Shown in pieces: positions 13,591 through 27,499 of a stretch of 64,000 bases of DNA. This DNA comes from Eledone cirrhosa (Eukaryota), in contig OZ024742.1 of assembly GCA_964016885.1 (NCBI GenBank), forward strand, positions 172,546,001 to 172,610,000. The letters are read 5' to 3'. The notes under the pieces are model-generated. The model made no database searches. It was not told where the DNA came from and saw nothing but the letters and a program-made list of their open reading frames with translations. The stretch's first letter is position 1; each line of letters starts with the position of its first letter. Position numbers and translations under genes: made by a program.

Positions 13591-13876
13591 ATTTTGAAAG
13601 TAGGTTTATAATTATTAATTTTCATTATACTTTTGTAGGTGTCTTAGCGGCCTAGTCGGCGGAATTATATACGGCGGTGATCCTGGTCTGAAGTTCGCTC
13701 GTGGCCGGGAGTAGGGTTTCCAGTAAACCTTTTCAGGTTTTTAAAGGGTCATGTACCTCTCGACCAGGATTGTACCCAAGGGCAGGAGCACGCTGCCTTG
13801 AGTACCTAACGCTAGGCCACAGAGACAGCTACGAACCTGTTATGAAAATTCACACTTATAAACCTACTTTCAAAAT
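13591..13876. repeat. Diverged inverted repeat whose arms contain tRNA-like heads
   Basis: attttgaaagtaggtttata... / ...tataaacctactttcaaaat. The minus arm GTCTCTGTGGCCTAGCGTTAGG...GGGTACAATCCTGGTCGAGA has A/B-box-like motifs. Confidence 0.6.
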
Positions 13877-14443
13877 TTTCTATACAAAATGATGTGGTGT
13901 CATTCAAGTCTTTATTATTTTGATTGCTTCTACTTAAGGTCGACTGCTAAATCACTTCAGTGTTCCATAAACTCCATGCGTGTTATGTTTCTCATCTATC
14001 TAGACTATATTTTAACCTGTAATCCATGTTTCATTTCTGTCGCACGTCATTTCTCCCCGCACTCTCTCTTTTTCTTGGAGATATTTGAATCTATTATGAT
14101 TTGGGTTTACCTTATTCATATGTATATATTTTTGCATGTCAGTTACATTCAAACTTACACTGATTAGAATTATATATATACACACCCATATATATATATA
14201 CACAATAGCGGACTGGGTCTAAAAATATTGGTTTCCAGGAAATGAAGGGGGCCCACCTACATATAGAATGCTATCATTTAATTTTTATAAAGAATAAATA
14301 ACATTTTCCAAAAATACATAAGTGCAAACAAAACAGTGCAATCAAATTTTTGCGAGAAAATATCCTACCTTCTGAAATAAGAATATTATGTATTTTGCGA
14401 AATTCAGAGACTTTCAATAATGACATTTGCTCTTTTACACTCA

Positions 14444-14489
<46 letters not shown>

Positions 14490-16018
14490 GACACAGACAG
14501 AGCCCTTCACCAGAGAGGAGCTTCAGAGAGCCAAGAAGAGGATCAAGGAGGGCAAGGCTCATGGAGAACATGGAGTGGATGAGAGGTGATGAAGAGGTGT
14601 GATTTTAATGATATCATCCTGGGGTTCTGTAAGCGTGCGCTGGAGAAAGGAGTTGTCCCGAATCAGTGGAGGATCATTAACATCGTCCGAGTGCAAACGA
14701 AGGGAGATCTCTCTAACATCAACAACTACAGGGGGATCTCACTGACGTCACTTGTGGCAAAGACCCTCAACAGGATGATTCTAAACAGGATCCAGCCTGA
14801 GATGGAGAAGAACCTCAGGGACAACCAGAACGGCTTCAGAGAGGGAGGATCAACCACCAGTCACATCATGATGCTGAGGATGATATTAGAGGGAGCTAGA
14901 GCAAAGTGCCTTCCTGTGATAATGGTTTTCATTGACTTTAGGAAGGCCTTTGATTCTGTGGACCGTCACTGCCTGATGAAGATCTTACAGGCTTATGGAA
15001 TCCCCAAGAAGGTAGTGGACCTAATATCACTGCTCTACACCAACACCAAAGCCCAAGTCATTGCACCTGATGGGATGACAGAGTTCTTTGAGATACTGGC
15101 TGGAGTGCTCCAGGGAGATACATTGGCTCCCTACCTTTTTATCACCGTAGTGGACTATTGTATGCGTCTTGCTTGCACTGGAGAAACACCAGGACTCTGG
15201 CTTTACTGTAGCACCGTCTCAGAGAAGGAGAGTTAAGGCGAAAAAGGTATCAGATGCTGAATTTTCCGACGACATAGTTTTGGTGACAAATACAGTGAAG
15301 GAGGCAGAGGATTTGATGCGAGAGGTTGAGACTGTATCGATGAGTGTGGGGCTGAGAATGAATGAGACTAAAACAAAATATCTGGTAGAGAATGTTGAGA
15401 AGCCAGAGGGGATCACTAATGTAGGCGGGAAGCCGTTAGAATTGGTTGAGGGCTTCCTGTATTTGGGAGTAAAAATTGGGAATACGGAAGATGATGTAGT
15501 TGAGAGGAAGAGCAAAGTCTGCGCGGCGTGCCACAGCTTGAGATCGGTGTGGAAGTCGGGCCTTCGTAAAGACCTGAAAGTCCGCCTCTTCATTGCTGTA
15601 GTGGACTCTGTGCTGCTGTATGGGTCTGAGATTTGGACACTGGCCAAGAAACTCACTCAGATGGTGGATGAGTGCTACACGAGAATGCTGAGGATAGCTC
15701 TGAACATTAATCAGTATACACTGAGGATGAAACACTCAGAGCTGTATGGGAGCATCCCAAAGGTCACCTCAAAAGTGACACAGAGGAGACTGAGGTTAGC
15801 TGGACATGCTCACCGACATACAGAGTTGACATTGCACTCAGTGCTCCTGTGGGAGTCCCTACACGGACACACTAGAAGTGGAAACAAAGGTTAACGTATG
15901 TTGATGCCCTAAGGACAGACACTGGTCTGTTGGAGACGCAGGACATAGCAGCGAAAATGAGGGACAGAGACCGCTGGAGAGAACTCGTCCATGGATCTCG
16001 GGAAATTTACCCACCTTA
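14490..16018 (+). mobile_element. RTE-clade LINE, 5'-truncated, RT domain frameshifted
   Basis: NYRGISLTS, QNGFR, FIDFRKAFDSV, GVLQGDTLAPYLF, FSDD and YLGV motifs, plus the RTE-type C-terminus (RRLRLAGH). Flanked by AT tracts. Confidence 0.92.
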
Positions 16019-16019
16019 G

Positions 16020-16074
<55 letters not shown>

Positions 16075-16127
16075 TGTATGTATGTATGTATGTATATATA
16101 TATATATCGATACTGCAAATCCAGTCT

Positions 16128-16313
16128 GGATTTGCAGTATCGAGAGAGTGTCGGACGCCATACTTTGCAGCAAAGAGTTACGGCCATTTATGCTCTGAGT
16201 TCTAATCCTACCGAGGTTAACTTTGCCTTTCATCCTTACGGGGTCGATAAAATAAAGTACCATAATATACTGGGATAATTGCTGGCCTTGTGCCTAAAGT
16301 AGAAACAATTATT
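16128..16313 (+). mobile_element. SINE family A with a 5' fold-back
   Basis: Matches the family consensus and is preceded by an inverted copy of its first 18 nt. Confidence 0.88.
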
Positions 16314-16357
16314 TGTTCAGTAGTTCGTGTGTATTGGTAAGTATATATATATATATA

Positions 16358-16546
16358 TATTAGTAAAAGGAAAAGAAAATGGTGACAAATTTTTCCCAGT
16401 GAAAAATAGTTTAATTAGGAATAAGTATAAATTAGTAATAAATATTGGTTAGTATTCAGTTTTAGTTTTAAATTTTTACCGGTTGCGCATTTCTAATGCT
16501 TTTCAAAAATAAATTTGGGATAGAGCGCTCGTGATGTTTGCTCTAA

Positions 16547-16550
<4 letters not shown>
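16358..16550 (-). mobile_element. Family D copy between AT tracts
   Basis: Reverse complement of 13170-13360. Confidence 0.75.
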
Positions 16551-16609
<59 letters not shown>

Positions 16610-16943
16610 GTGTGTGTCTATATATGTATGTTTGCATGCATGAAGGAATACACTTAGATTTAGTAGAATGTACAACCACTGATTTCAGCTATTTGCATTA
16701 TCATATATTTTGGTTTCCTTGGGGATTTGGTGGACCAAATACTTTGCTTAATAGTTTTATTTATTTACAAAAGAAATGTATTGTTTCGCTTAGATTTTAG
16801 ATATTTTTTGAAGGCTAAGCTTTTGCACCTCAAATACTACCGTTGGCCTTGCAATGCAACTGTGGGCCCCTGCAATGCTATCGTGGGTCTACTGGAGACC
16901 ACTTGCCACTGAATAACCTGGCATCCTGGTCAGTCCACCACTG
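16610..16943 (-). mobile_element. Non-autonomous DNA transposon end, copy 2
   Basis: Similar to 12655-12990; rc terminus CAGTGGTGGACTGACCAGG. Confidence 0.55.
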
Positions 16944-17054
16944 TATATATGTGTGTGTGTACGTGTACGTGTGAGTGTGTGAGTGTATGTGCGTATATAT
17001 TGTATTTTAGTCTTCAAATTTATTATTATTACTATTATTAATACTATATATAGT

Positions 17055-17116
17055 AATAATAATTGTTTCTACTATTGGCACAAGGCGAGCAATTACCCAG
17101 TGCATTACTGGTACTT
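17055..17116 (-). mobile_element. SINE family A 3' fragment
   Basis: rc of AAGTACCAGTAATGCACTGGGTAATTGCT..CCTTGTGCC..TAGAAACAATTATT. Confidence 0.8.
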
Positions 17117-17117
17117 G

Positions 17118-18020
17118 ATTTCATTTATTAGCCACAAGGGCCGACATGTAGGGGACAGACAATACAAAGACAGGGACAAAGGTCGAGTAAAAGTGCACAA
17201 TGGCAAGACTAATTTAACAATGAAGATATAAAAATATAAAATAAACTATGCATAAATATAACAAAATAAATTCTCCGATAGGGGGTGTACGACCCTGGGG
17301 TGACTCGGGTACCCCACCAATCCTGAACCACCCTGCGCTTCTAGGGCACCCAGGGAGAGCACCCCTCTCCTCAAGTTAGCTAGCCTATAGGCGCATGGTC
17401 AGAGTAGGCCCATTCACACGAGCCATTCTCGCCACATTCACCCACCTTTTAGCAAATGTCCTGGCGGGCAGCACATCTCTTTCAACCCTCTCCTTCCTTT
17501 CCAGGTGAAACTTGAAGAAGTTTATGAGAGATTGGCCAAAGAGAAAAGTGTCTGTCTTCAGTCCTTTTAACATGGTCCACCATATAACCTCTTTCGCAAC
17601 TGCCACCAGACAGAGGAACATTTCCTGCTCTTCCTGACCTAAGGAAGGCGGTGGATCGATCTTCACTATGTTCTCGGCCGATAGCCGTAATCGTTTACAC
17701 GCGACAGTAGCTGTTCGACATAACTTCACAAGTCAGTAATGCATGGACATTGGACAAGTGCGTGCAGAACGGTTTCGTCGTTCTCTGCGCATCTTGGGCA
17801 GGTCCGTGCCTGTAGAGTTTATCCCGAACCGGCAGTGCCTCCCGGTAGCACTGCCAAGCGAGGGATTTCTGGAAATTGTCCATCGTCCCCGGCTCAAAAG
17901 TCCTCCGGTAGAGACTGGTCAGTTCGACTTTGTCGAGGCCCAAAGCTTCTCCGAGTGCGTCATCGCACTTGCCCACCACTAATCCTCTATAGAACTCGAG
18001 AGTGGAAGTTCCACATAGTA
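17118..18020 (-). mobile_element. Tx1/L1-type LINE 3' fragment
   Basis: MDNFQKSLAWQCYREALPVRDKLYRHG (zf-RVT-like) and FLCLVAVAKEVIWW...FAKRW. Homologous to 62025-62955. Confidence 0.85.
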
Positions 18021-18924
18021 ATATATATATTGTAGCCGCAATATTGATAGAAACGAAAATAAACAACATCCATTCTGGTCGCTAACACACAATGTTTGTA
18101 TAGGTTTTCGGTAAATTTACCATGGATACCATGACATCCAGCATATTTCGGGGCCCCTGGGGACATTTTCAGGGCAACTTTCAGAAAATAAACGACAGGA
18201 CAATAGAGTAGTAAATTTGATTAGTAACAACCAAGTGAATAATAAAGAGAAAATCTGCAGCATGAAGATGAGACGAATAGCAGCTACATAAAATCACGAC
18301 TTCAGTTGAAACATTAAAATAGAGTAAAACTGCCTTAAATGGATGAAACAGCCAAACATGAAATTGAAAGGAAAAACATGCGAACAGACCTGAAGGAAGG
18401 TAAAGCTAAAACAAGGGAAATATGGTCTTTATGCCTGAGAGGCGACACGAGGGAGATAAAAAGAAAAATATTATGTTCGGATTTATTCAGTTACCCCTGT
18501 CTGGAACCATTGTGAGCAAAGATGCAACTCTTTCCGTATCAAAAGATGGAAATAATATATTTAAAGATGCTGTTTAGTAATCGACAAACCTGTTTCTAGT
18601 AGAAACCTTACATTTTTAGTAAGAAAAACAATATTTCAATATCTGTAAATAAAATAAAATGCATTAAAGCGCCCCTTTTTCATGTCCCCATGCAAACGAA
18701 AATTCTTTTTTTTACTATTATCCTTCTTGATAGCTTCACCAGATGGTTTGGCTTATTCTCAATAAGTAACCACTTCATATCATTCCAGGGAACATTTTAT
18801 TCTCTTCTTTATAAATACTGTATCATACATTTTTTCGTTATGCACGTTTTTTATATTTCAAATTTATATACGGCTAGTGAAATAATTAAATGAAACTAAT
18901 ATACACCCATTCGCTGTAAAAGAG

Positions 18925-20200
18925 AGACGGTTTCAAATATAAAAAAAATAGTTTATTACATCACACCTGCTATCTACCTTTCAAAAGCAGTGCATAACAG
19001 TTCCCTAATGCGTTGTATTACATGTGTTGGAATATAAACAATGTTTTGTTTTTACCATTGCATTTATATGTTTATATGCCTGCCGTCGAAAGGATGTTAA
19101 CATTTCATATTTCAACAGGCATATACTATATGAACGCAGGTGCTGACAAGAAAGAAAGGTAGAAGACATCTGGCGTCAATATGTTTTTAGTAAATGGTAA
19201 TTTATCCAAGCAGTGTTAGAGGGAATAAGGGAACTGCTTAATCTCAATTTTCCTTTGGTTCTTTCGTTTCTCCTCGTACCTATGTGCATGTGTTCGAGAC
19301 CATGTATACTTGTATACACGTGACCGGGCGGGAACGGTTTGTTTGTGTCTGCATGTGTGCGTATATATGTGCTATCGATCATTCACGTGAACTTGTATGT
19401 GTATACACTACTGCTGTATGACTACAGATGTACTCGTCAATAAGACGATTCGAACCCATAATCACAGTAATACTCGCGAGTTTACCTTAACTGAACCCCC
19501 TTTTCGCTCTGTAACACTGCATATGACAAATGACAATTCAGTAAAAGCCTATTGATTTGATAGTGATAGGGTTGGACCACCGTCGGCATTCGCTTAGAGA
19601 TACCGATAAAATAATGGTTTCTACTTTTGGCACAAGGCCAGCAATAACCCAGCGTATTACTGGTACTTTTATTTTATCGACCCTATAAGGATGAAAGGCA
19701 AAGTTTGCCTCGGCGGGATTTGCTCTCAGAATGGCAAGGGCCGTAACTCTATGCGTCAAAGCATGGCGTCGACCCTCTACCGATACAGCCAATCCAAAAT
19801 AATACTGATCAAAAATCAACTAATAAAATTAATATCTTTTTCAACCCCTTTAAGCGACAGAGTAAATGACCACTTTCGAACACTGACCTACTTTCATGTC
19901 CAACAACCAGCATAATAGCTCCTACTCCACCACCTTTGGCTTGCTAACATATGAATTCGTGTAGCATATGCCTGCTGGAATCCGAAATGTCAAAAATCCT
20001 TCGACGGCAGGCATATCAAAAAACAAATGCATAAGAAAAACACAACAATGTTTATATTCAAACACATATATGATAACGCATTGGATAAGTGAAACATAAC
20101 GACATAGATGCTTTTGGAATGTACATAACAATCTAAAACAACATACTAAGTTGAAATATGTGAAATCGCCTCCTTTTTCTTAATTGTCATAAACCGTCTG
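18925..20200. repeat. Old element with long diverged inverted termini
   Basis: 19000-19137 is a diverged reverse complement of 19953-20092 (shared tatgcctgccgtcgaa.gga and aatataaaca), with weaker extension outward. Confidence 0.6.
19611..19795 (-). mobile_element. SINE family A
   Basis: rc matches the consensus. Confidence 0.9.
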
Positions 20201-21693
20201 ATTACATATACGTGATAACTTATAATATCCACGTCATAGAGTGTTTATGTTTGATTACAACACAGTTGGTTGATTATTGAATCATATATAAATAGCCACA
20301 TAGATAGATATGCTTTTATAATATACCAATAGAGGAGTTGGTGTAATCAGGCTTAAGCACTCCACCAGGACGCAAACTATGCGTCTGCCGTACGTCGAAA
20401 CGCCGTGAGGAGCATTAAATTAAAGCATTCCTGTCACGACTCTCCGTCTATTTAATTCTTTCATCTTTGAACGACGACGTAAACAAATAAATGAAACGTT
20501 TATCGAAGCATGTATTAACCACCGTTTAGCTGTTAGGGCATTTTTCATTCTAACTGACAAAATGTTCGTATTGTGAGTATGATTGGGTCACTTTAGAGAA
20601 ATATTTGATATATATACACATTATGTAGGTGGTAGTAGTGGCTTTAAAAGGGTGATGTGAGATACTGTTTCGTTGAAATGAACTAATTGTGCTGCTCAGA
20701 TACACATATAATATGATAGGGTGGAAACTATTGTGGCATGTCCAGTTAAGCATTTAAATACAATAAATCTGACGTTGAAACGTTGTCCAGTCATGTGGTG
20801 TAGGGGTTCATACGGTTGTCCGCTATATTTAAGACGCACTTCAATCACTGAAGGCGATTATTGCAATTTCACACAACTATAGACGGAATCTATACTGTAA
20901 TTCCAAATTATATATTTCGTAACACAATACTGAATACTCTTATCGTTTATCGCTACTTTACAAAATTCAATGCAATGTTTACTTCTTAATTGTTAGCAAA
21001 ATATCTTATATTTCCATTATTCTAACATATTTGTTTATTTAACATCCCTCATCACACCCTCGCCCACGTATTTCCTTTATATTCCTTTCACACTCCGACT
21101 CTTTATTTTCTCGTTTTCGTTTCGTTTTTCGTAGTTAACCTATTTTATTTCACATATTTTAAATCTTATTTTTCAGTAACGCTTGGTCCTCTCTCTTCCC
21201 CCATCTCCGCTTCTGTTTCTCTCTTTTCTGCGCGTGGCCTATCTTTTTTGTTCTTCGTCTGTCCTTATAGTTGATTGCCACTATCGAATTTACATACTGC
21301 CCCCCCCCCCCCCCGCGCTCTTTCTTTCTCTCCCTCCCTCACATTAATTATCTCCCTCTGAAACGACGCACACAAGTTTCCCCATCTCTGTCTAACTTTT
21401 TGACTTGACTTACCCACTCACGAACAGTTCTATTACTATCACTGAATTTCTCACTCTTTCACTCCCCCCCCTACACAGACCCTGACCTCATGTCTCTCTC
21501 TCACCCTTCTAAAACTTCTTTTTTTTATTCCTGTAAGAGGGTGTGTATGTTTTTTAAACATTTGTTTATTTTGACAAGTTTTTTTTTTTGGCTTTCGTGT
21601 ATGGATACTTTTATTTGCATTTATATTTGTGCTTACTTTTTATATATCCACTTCCGCACACACGCACACACATACACACACACACACACACAC

Positions 21694-21727
<34 letters not shown>

Positions 21728-22249
21728 CATTTCTATACAAGTTTGCTTTTGCGTGTGTTTAGTTTTTTTACTGTATATACCTCCAGGAACGTTTTTCATC
21801 TTTTCAGGGGGTTTTTATATACTACTCCCTTCCTGAAACATTTGCTTAATATATTTTTTTTCTTCTCAGTCGTATTTTTTTTTATTTCTTCACACATGTT
21901 AGTTTCTCTTATTTCCCTTTGGGCAATAACAACTATTAGGTTTGTAAAGCGTGTTTAACTTCGCTTCAAGCGAAATCTCTAATTTCTTTCACAGGGGATT
22001 TCATGGTGCCTGACCAAGAACAGGCTGGGCAGAAAACACTATAACACATCTGTAGAACTAGACTTCAGCTCTTAGCTATTTCGTATGTAACTCGTAGTGC
22101 AAAACATTTTCAACTTTTATTTTATTTATTCTTTTTATATTCAATTTATATTATTTACACGTTCCTCAACTTAACCAATTAATACACGACTATAATTATT
22201 ATCATCAGCATCATTAAGATGATTATCATTCTTTAATTTTTCTCCAAGA

Positions 22250-22320
<71 letters not shown>

Positions 22321-22381
22321 TATATGTATTTGTGTGTATGTATACATCGATATGTATATATGTATGTGTATGTGTATATAA

Positions 22382-22413
<32 letters not shown>

Positions 22414-22558
22414 GAAAAAGGTCAGGACCCCGACGGCTGAGCTCCGGCGTTTTCGACAGTTATGATCCACCTGGTTCCTTACCACACTTTCTCTGTTATG
22501 TATATATATATACATACATACACACACACACACATATATATATATATGTGTGTGTACG

Positions 22559-22590
<32 letters not shown>

Positions 22591-22595
22591 AGTAT

Positions 22596-22669
22596 AAAGT
22601 AACTGTATATACCCATTTTGGCAATTACACTCATACTCCCCATTTCACTCACCCAATAACCCAATAGCC

Positions 22670-22747
<78 letters not shown>

Positions 22748-22853
22748 CACCGATGCACGCACGCACATATATATATATATGAGGACTATTGGGTGAGTGA
22801 ACTCGTGATTGTGAGTGAGTGTAATTGCCAAAATGGCTATATACAGTTACTTT
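22596..22853. repeat. Inverted repeat (~60-bp arms) around an AT/GT microsatellite
   Basis: aaagtaactgtatata.ccattttggcaattacactc / gagtgtaattgccaaaatgg.tatatacagttacttt. Confidence 0.8.
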
Positions 22854-24775
22854 AATAATGGCTGTTTAATTAGTCAATGAAGTTTAGCAACTTGTAAGTA
22901 TGAATAGGTAATTATTTTAGATATTATCTGAAAGGATGGGTTGTTGAAGCATGATCAAGCTATACGATATTGACAATAACGACCATTACAACCGTAACAA
23001 TTCGTGCACATTTGGGAAGATGCCGGGGGTATACTTATAAGGAAATTGTAGCATATGGTCGTATAGTGGCGATAGCATAAGGTGTAGGACAACAAAGAAA
23101 AACGGGGTTGGGGAAGCAGGAAAGAGGTAATGTAACGGAGAGATGGGTAATGAAGGCGCGAAAAAAGAAGGAGGAACAGCAAAATTGAAGGAAAAGAAGA
23201 GGCAAAACAAAACGAAAAAAAATTGGTAGGATTATTTAAGCGTATTTATGTAGCCTACTAGTTAATTTTTAGTTAACTCGCTTTCATCTAATCTTCCTGT
23301 TTCATTGAAATTTGATAATGATTTGCTTACTTTGAATTAGATTTAAGACAGATGGAAACTAAGACGCATCCCGCGTAGGAAATAGTTGCCTTTATATGTC
23401 CTACCCATTTTCTTACTAAAACCACCTCTGGTTCTAAGATTCAAAGCCACTCACAACGTTTCTTCTTGTTTCAAATCATCTTCCATGACAATATTTATAT
23501 GAACCACATGTTATTATCTTCGAAATTAATTAAGAGCTCAATTAAATCGTTCAAAATTCGTTATGAATTAGTTTGAAATAGTATATTAAACTAGAAATTG
23601 TCACAAATGGTATTTGCAGTTTTCTTACAAAGTAACTGATGGAAATTGTCTCCGCTAAAGCAAGATTTGACCTTGCTGATCCCACAAAAAGATCACCCAT
23701 TTCGCTCTACGTTTAGCACCGGCCATCAAAACCTTGGCTATCATTTCGTCCTCCATCATTAAACACCCATCTTTTTAATCATATGATTTAGAATTGGAGC
23801 TCTTAATTCTGATAACCGTAGGAAGTTTCTGAATGGGTTGGAAGGGTTGCCAGTCGTGAAACGTCGTTGCAAAGAAGGAACTTTGATTCGTGGCTCAAAT
23901 ATTAAAGATAGTTCTCTAAAGCTTCCACTGTTAATTCTCTGCTTCTTGCGCTATGTTACTTCCCGAGTTAAATATTTCATTGGCAATCCTTTTAACATTA
24001 TGATCAATAACTTTGCTATTCTTTTACAAACTGGGCGTGTAAAGGAATAATTAGGCTTTACTAAAAGCAAAAAGCAAAAAAAAAACAAAAAAAACAAAAA
24101 AAACAACAACAGCAAAAAAAAAAAGAAACATGTCAACCCCATACACTGTGGAATGGAACGTCACTACATGACGTAAACTTCTGCCATTCCAACGTCCCTT
24201 AAAGCTCTCTAATACTAACAAATGGCTAAACAATTTAAATGAAAAGGAGAGCCGATTATATCGACCGCGGTAATATAATTGTAAATATGACAACTATGGT
24301 ATTTAAATACAGAACGAAAAGGACCCCAAAAAATTACACACTCCATTGCACCTCCTTTTCTACCAAATAATGACAATTATAATGATTTACCATATAATCT
24401 TGGATTACTGTCAATCTCAAAGATGTTTGAATAATTTTGAGTAATTGTACATATCTAAGGAAAGCATATTCTTTTGATATTGGTTGAGTTAACACAAAGC
24501 AAATATATGTAATTATGTTATCTGGAATAAACTGTTGATATAAGATATTCATTCAAAGAAATCCGCTCTGTGGACTGATCTCTTTACACAGCTGTCACAT
24601 TTCACATGACGTCACCTTTTCTTTCACATCACGTGATACTTACAAAATACGTTATTACAATAACATCCCTTTATCTCTGATTTGACGCCCCTCTTTTCTC
24701 ATATATGCACTAGCCTGCAGATACAATTAATATTTATTGAAGAGACCAAAATACTTTTCATGCATATTATGAGGT

Positions 24776-24962
24776 GGATTGACAGTATCGGTAGAGGGTC
24801 GGGACGCCATGCTTTGAAGCATAGAGTTACCTCCCTTTATGATCTGAGTTCAAATCCCGCCGAGGTTAACTTTGCCTTTCGTCCTTACGGGGTCGATAAA
24901 ATAAAGTACCAGTAATACACTGGGAAAATTGCTGGCCTTGTGCCAAAAGTAGAAACAATTAT
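24776..24962 (+). mobile_element. SINE family A
   Basis: Matches the consensus. Confidence 0.9.
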
Positions 24963-25481
24963 GATATAAAGTAATCAGAGCAATAGATTGTATTATATTT
25001 ACTAGCGTATTGTAATATGGATCCCAACAAAAGAACTGATCGTTATTATGAAATCTATATACACCTGCTTCATTTGAACGTAGATGAAGAATTCGGAACT
25101 TTATTTAAAGTCTTTAGCACCAAACAAATTTTAACATTATCAACATGGATATATAGAAATACTTATCTTTATCATTTTCTTTTCTTATTAGATCAGAGAG
25201 AATAATTAATGTATTTTATCTCTAGACTGAGAGTTAAATGTCTTTCTTTTATGTCTGATGTAATTTGTACTTAATGTAACCCATCTTTAAGAACTAAACA
25301 CTGCAATGAAGTTAATCTACCAACGTCCACCCACCCAACCGACCAAGTGTACAAAAAGTATAGGAAATAATTTTAAAATGATAGCGACACGTTGTCAAAT
25401 ATGACGTTACAAGTTTATTAAGAACAATGAATTATGTAATGTAATTGCTTCTGTCTCAAGTACTACAACAGAAGCAAATGT

Positions 25482-25522
<41 letters not shown>

Positions 25523-26084
25523 AACGAAACAAAATGACTACCATAAGTACCATTGCTAGAGCTAATAATGGTAAATATGAGGATAATAACGAAAAATTAA
25601 AAAAATAATACTTATAATAATAATACTGATGGGAAACAAACGCAAATTAGTAATAATAATAATGGTTTTAATACTCATGGTAGGGGTACAATTTTATTAA
25701 TAAATGAAGTTATTTTCCGACAATGTCCTCACATTAGCAGACTTGTTAATTTTCTGTTGGCGTCAATGGTTAAATGACGATATTAAAATAGAGACTGCCA
25801 GACTAACGCCCCCAAGCAGTTTCAGTCTCATAGACTAACCCAGCCAAAATTATGTAACCTTTCAGCTATCATGAAGTGTTCAGCTGTGATATTTCGACAA
25901 ATTTTGTGTCTCTATTTAATGCAAGATCATTTGTCAACATAATGTCAGCAAATGTTTGAGTCTATAATAGCTGTTAATGTTAATGTATTTTACAGGGGGG
26001 AATGTATAATCTAACTAGGAATAATTATACAGATTAAAAAATAAATAAAGAAAAAGAAAAAGAAAAACGCTAAAATATTAAATA

Positions 26085-26340
26085 AACCTCCGTCGGTTTC
26101 ACAGATGAGTGTTCGAGTTCTTCGATCAAGGCAATTACCCACTCGTTAAATTAAGGTATAAGTAACTAAGTACTCCACAGACACGTGTTCTCGTAACGTA
26201 AATCCTTGAGAATATTCAACATGCACAGTTTGTAACAAAGCCGCGTTTTTGAATTGAAATCAATCCGTCAAAGTGTCTTCCTGTCAGTTTCCATTTACTC
26301 ACTCTTGCTTACACAAGGATTGAGTCAATCTATGACAGAA
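26085..26340 (-). mobile_element. Old SINE-like repeat remnant (different family)
   Basis: rc contains CACGTGTCTGTGGAGTACTTAG...TTGATCG...AACCGACGGAG, recalled as an octopus interspersed repeat. Not verified. Confidence 0.4.
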
Positions 26341-26394
26341 GTAAAATTATCTTTATTAATAGGAAATATCAATTTAGTAGACAGAGAATATTTA

Positions 26395-26520
26395 AAGTCA
26401 GTAGAACGTTGAAGACAACAAATCGCGACGTTCGTTTTCGCTTTCTATGCTGGGAGTTTAAATCCAGCCTATGATAACTTAACCTTTCATTTTTTCAAGG
26501 ACGCTAAAATGTCACCAGTC
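26395..26520 (+). mobile_element. Highly diverged SINE related to family A
   Basis: gagtttaaatcc...aacttaacctttcat...aaaatgtcaccagt. Confidence 0.5.
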
Positions 26521-27499
26521 CACTACTAGCGTACATTCTTTCTCACTATCTCTTTCTCAGCTCTTTAATCACATTCTCCTCCTCTAAAAGAAATCGACTG
26601 TATTCAGACCTGCTGAGCGGTAGCCTTCAACAGGTTCTAAATGCCCAAAGAAGGCTACATAAAAACGTAAAAAAAAACATTGTTCAAATAACAAAAATGT
26701 CAGACGCAGTGTGTATAATTATGTATATACTATGCTATGTAGATAATTAAAACAAAAATCTGTCCACCACCAGAAAACGGCATTTCAGTTACAAGTGTTA
26801 CAATCATTCAAGTTAGTGTAGACGGTTTGATTTATATCTCATAACGTTACTCGTCATAGAGAATCACTTTTGCCTATCATTAGTATGGTTGATCATAACC
26901 TCTAAGTGAGTAACTCTAGACTTATCGGTTTGACATTTTCCGAGGGACATTTTCAATTGTGCCGGAATGTTTATTACATATCGATATGCCAAGTCAGCTG
27001 CTCAGAAACATTATTTTGCTATCAAGCAGGAAACCTTTTCCCCTCTGAAAATAGCATATATATGTCTCAAATGTACAATTTGTCCTTGTATTGTTTACTA
27101 ATGCCACATCTGCCACATCTCATGGTGCACGGGGATTAGAAAAGGTCCAATGAACAGTAATCAGTATTATTGGTCCTGTCATCTTCAATCCGTATAAAAA
27201 CGGTAAAAAATGTTGCCTCTCTACTTTTATACAAATGTTCATTTGTTAACATGAGGCTTTCTCCTTGTTGCCTCATCGTCTCGAATTTAAAAGGAATACC
27301 ACTCAGGCGGCTAGGTCTTATTCGCTTACAGTTTAAATTTCTAAATGCAATCGCAAATTCTATTCTGATATTGTTCCCTCGCACATCTCGTTTCTTGCTT
27401 TTCTGGTCACTACAATTTGCAAATATTTATGAGCAAAATAAATCGCTGTCTTTCTACATGAATTGTGTTTACTATGTATTCTTCCCATCTCACTAACTC

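Noticed and set aside
20355-20415. Possible hammerhead (gacgca/tgcgtc hairpin, GAAAcgccg..aggag)
   Set aside because: There is no recognisable CUGANGA core or NUH site; it is too decayed to call.
23280-24050. Coding-looking minus-strand stretch (possible decayed transposase or Helitron)
   Set aside because: I could not recover diagnostic motifs by eye; it needs tBLASTx.
27060-27420. Possible CR1/L2 LINE 3' remnant (LSGIPFKF...FFTV)
   Set aside because: The similarity is too weak to support as a feature.
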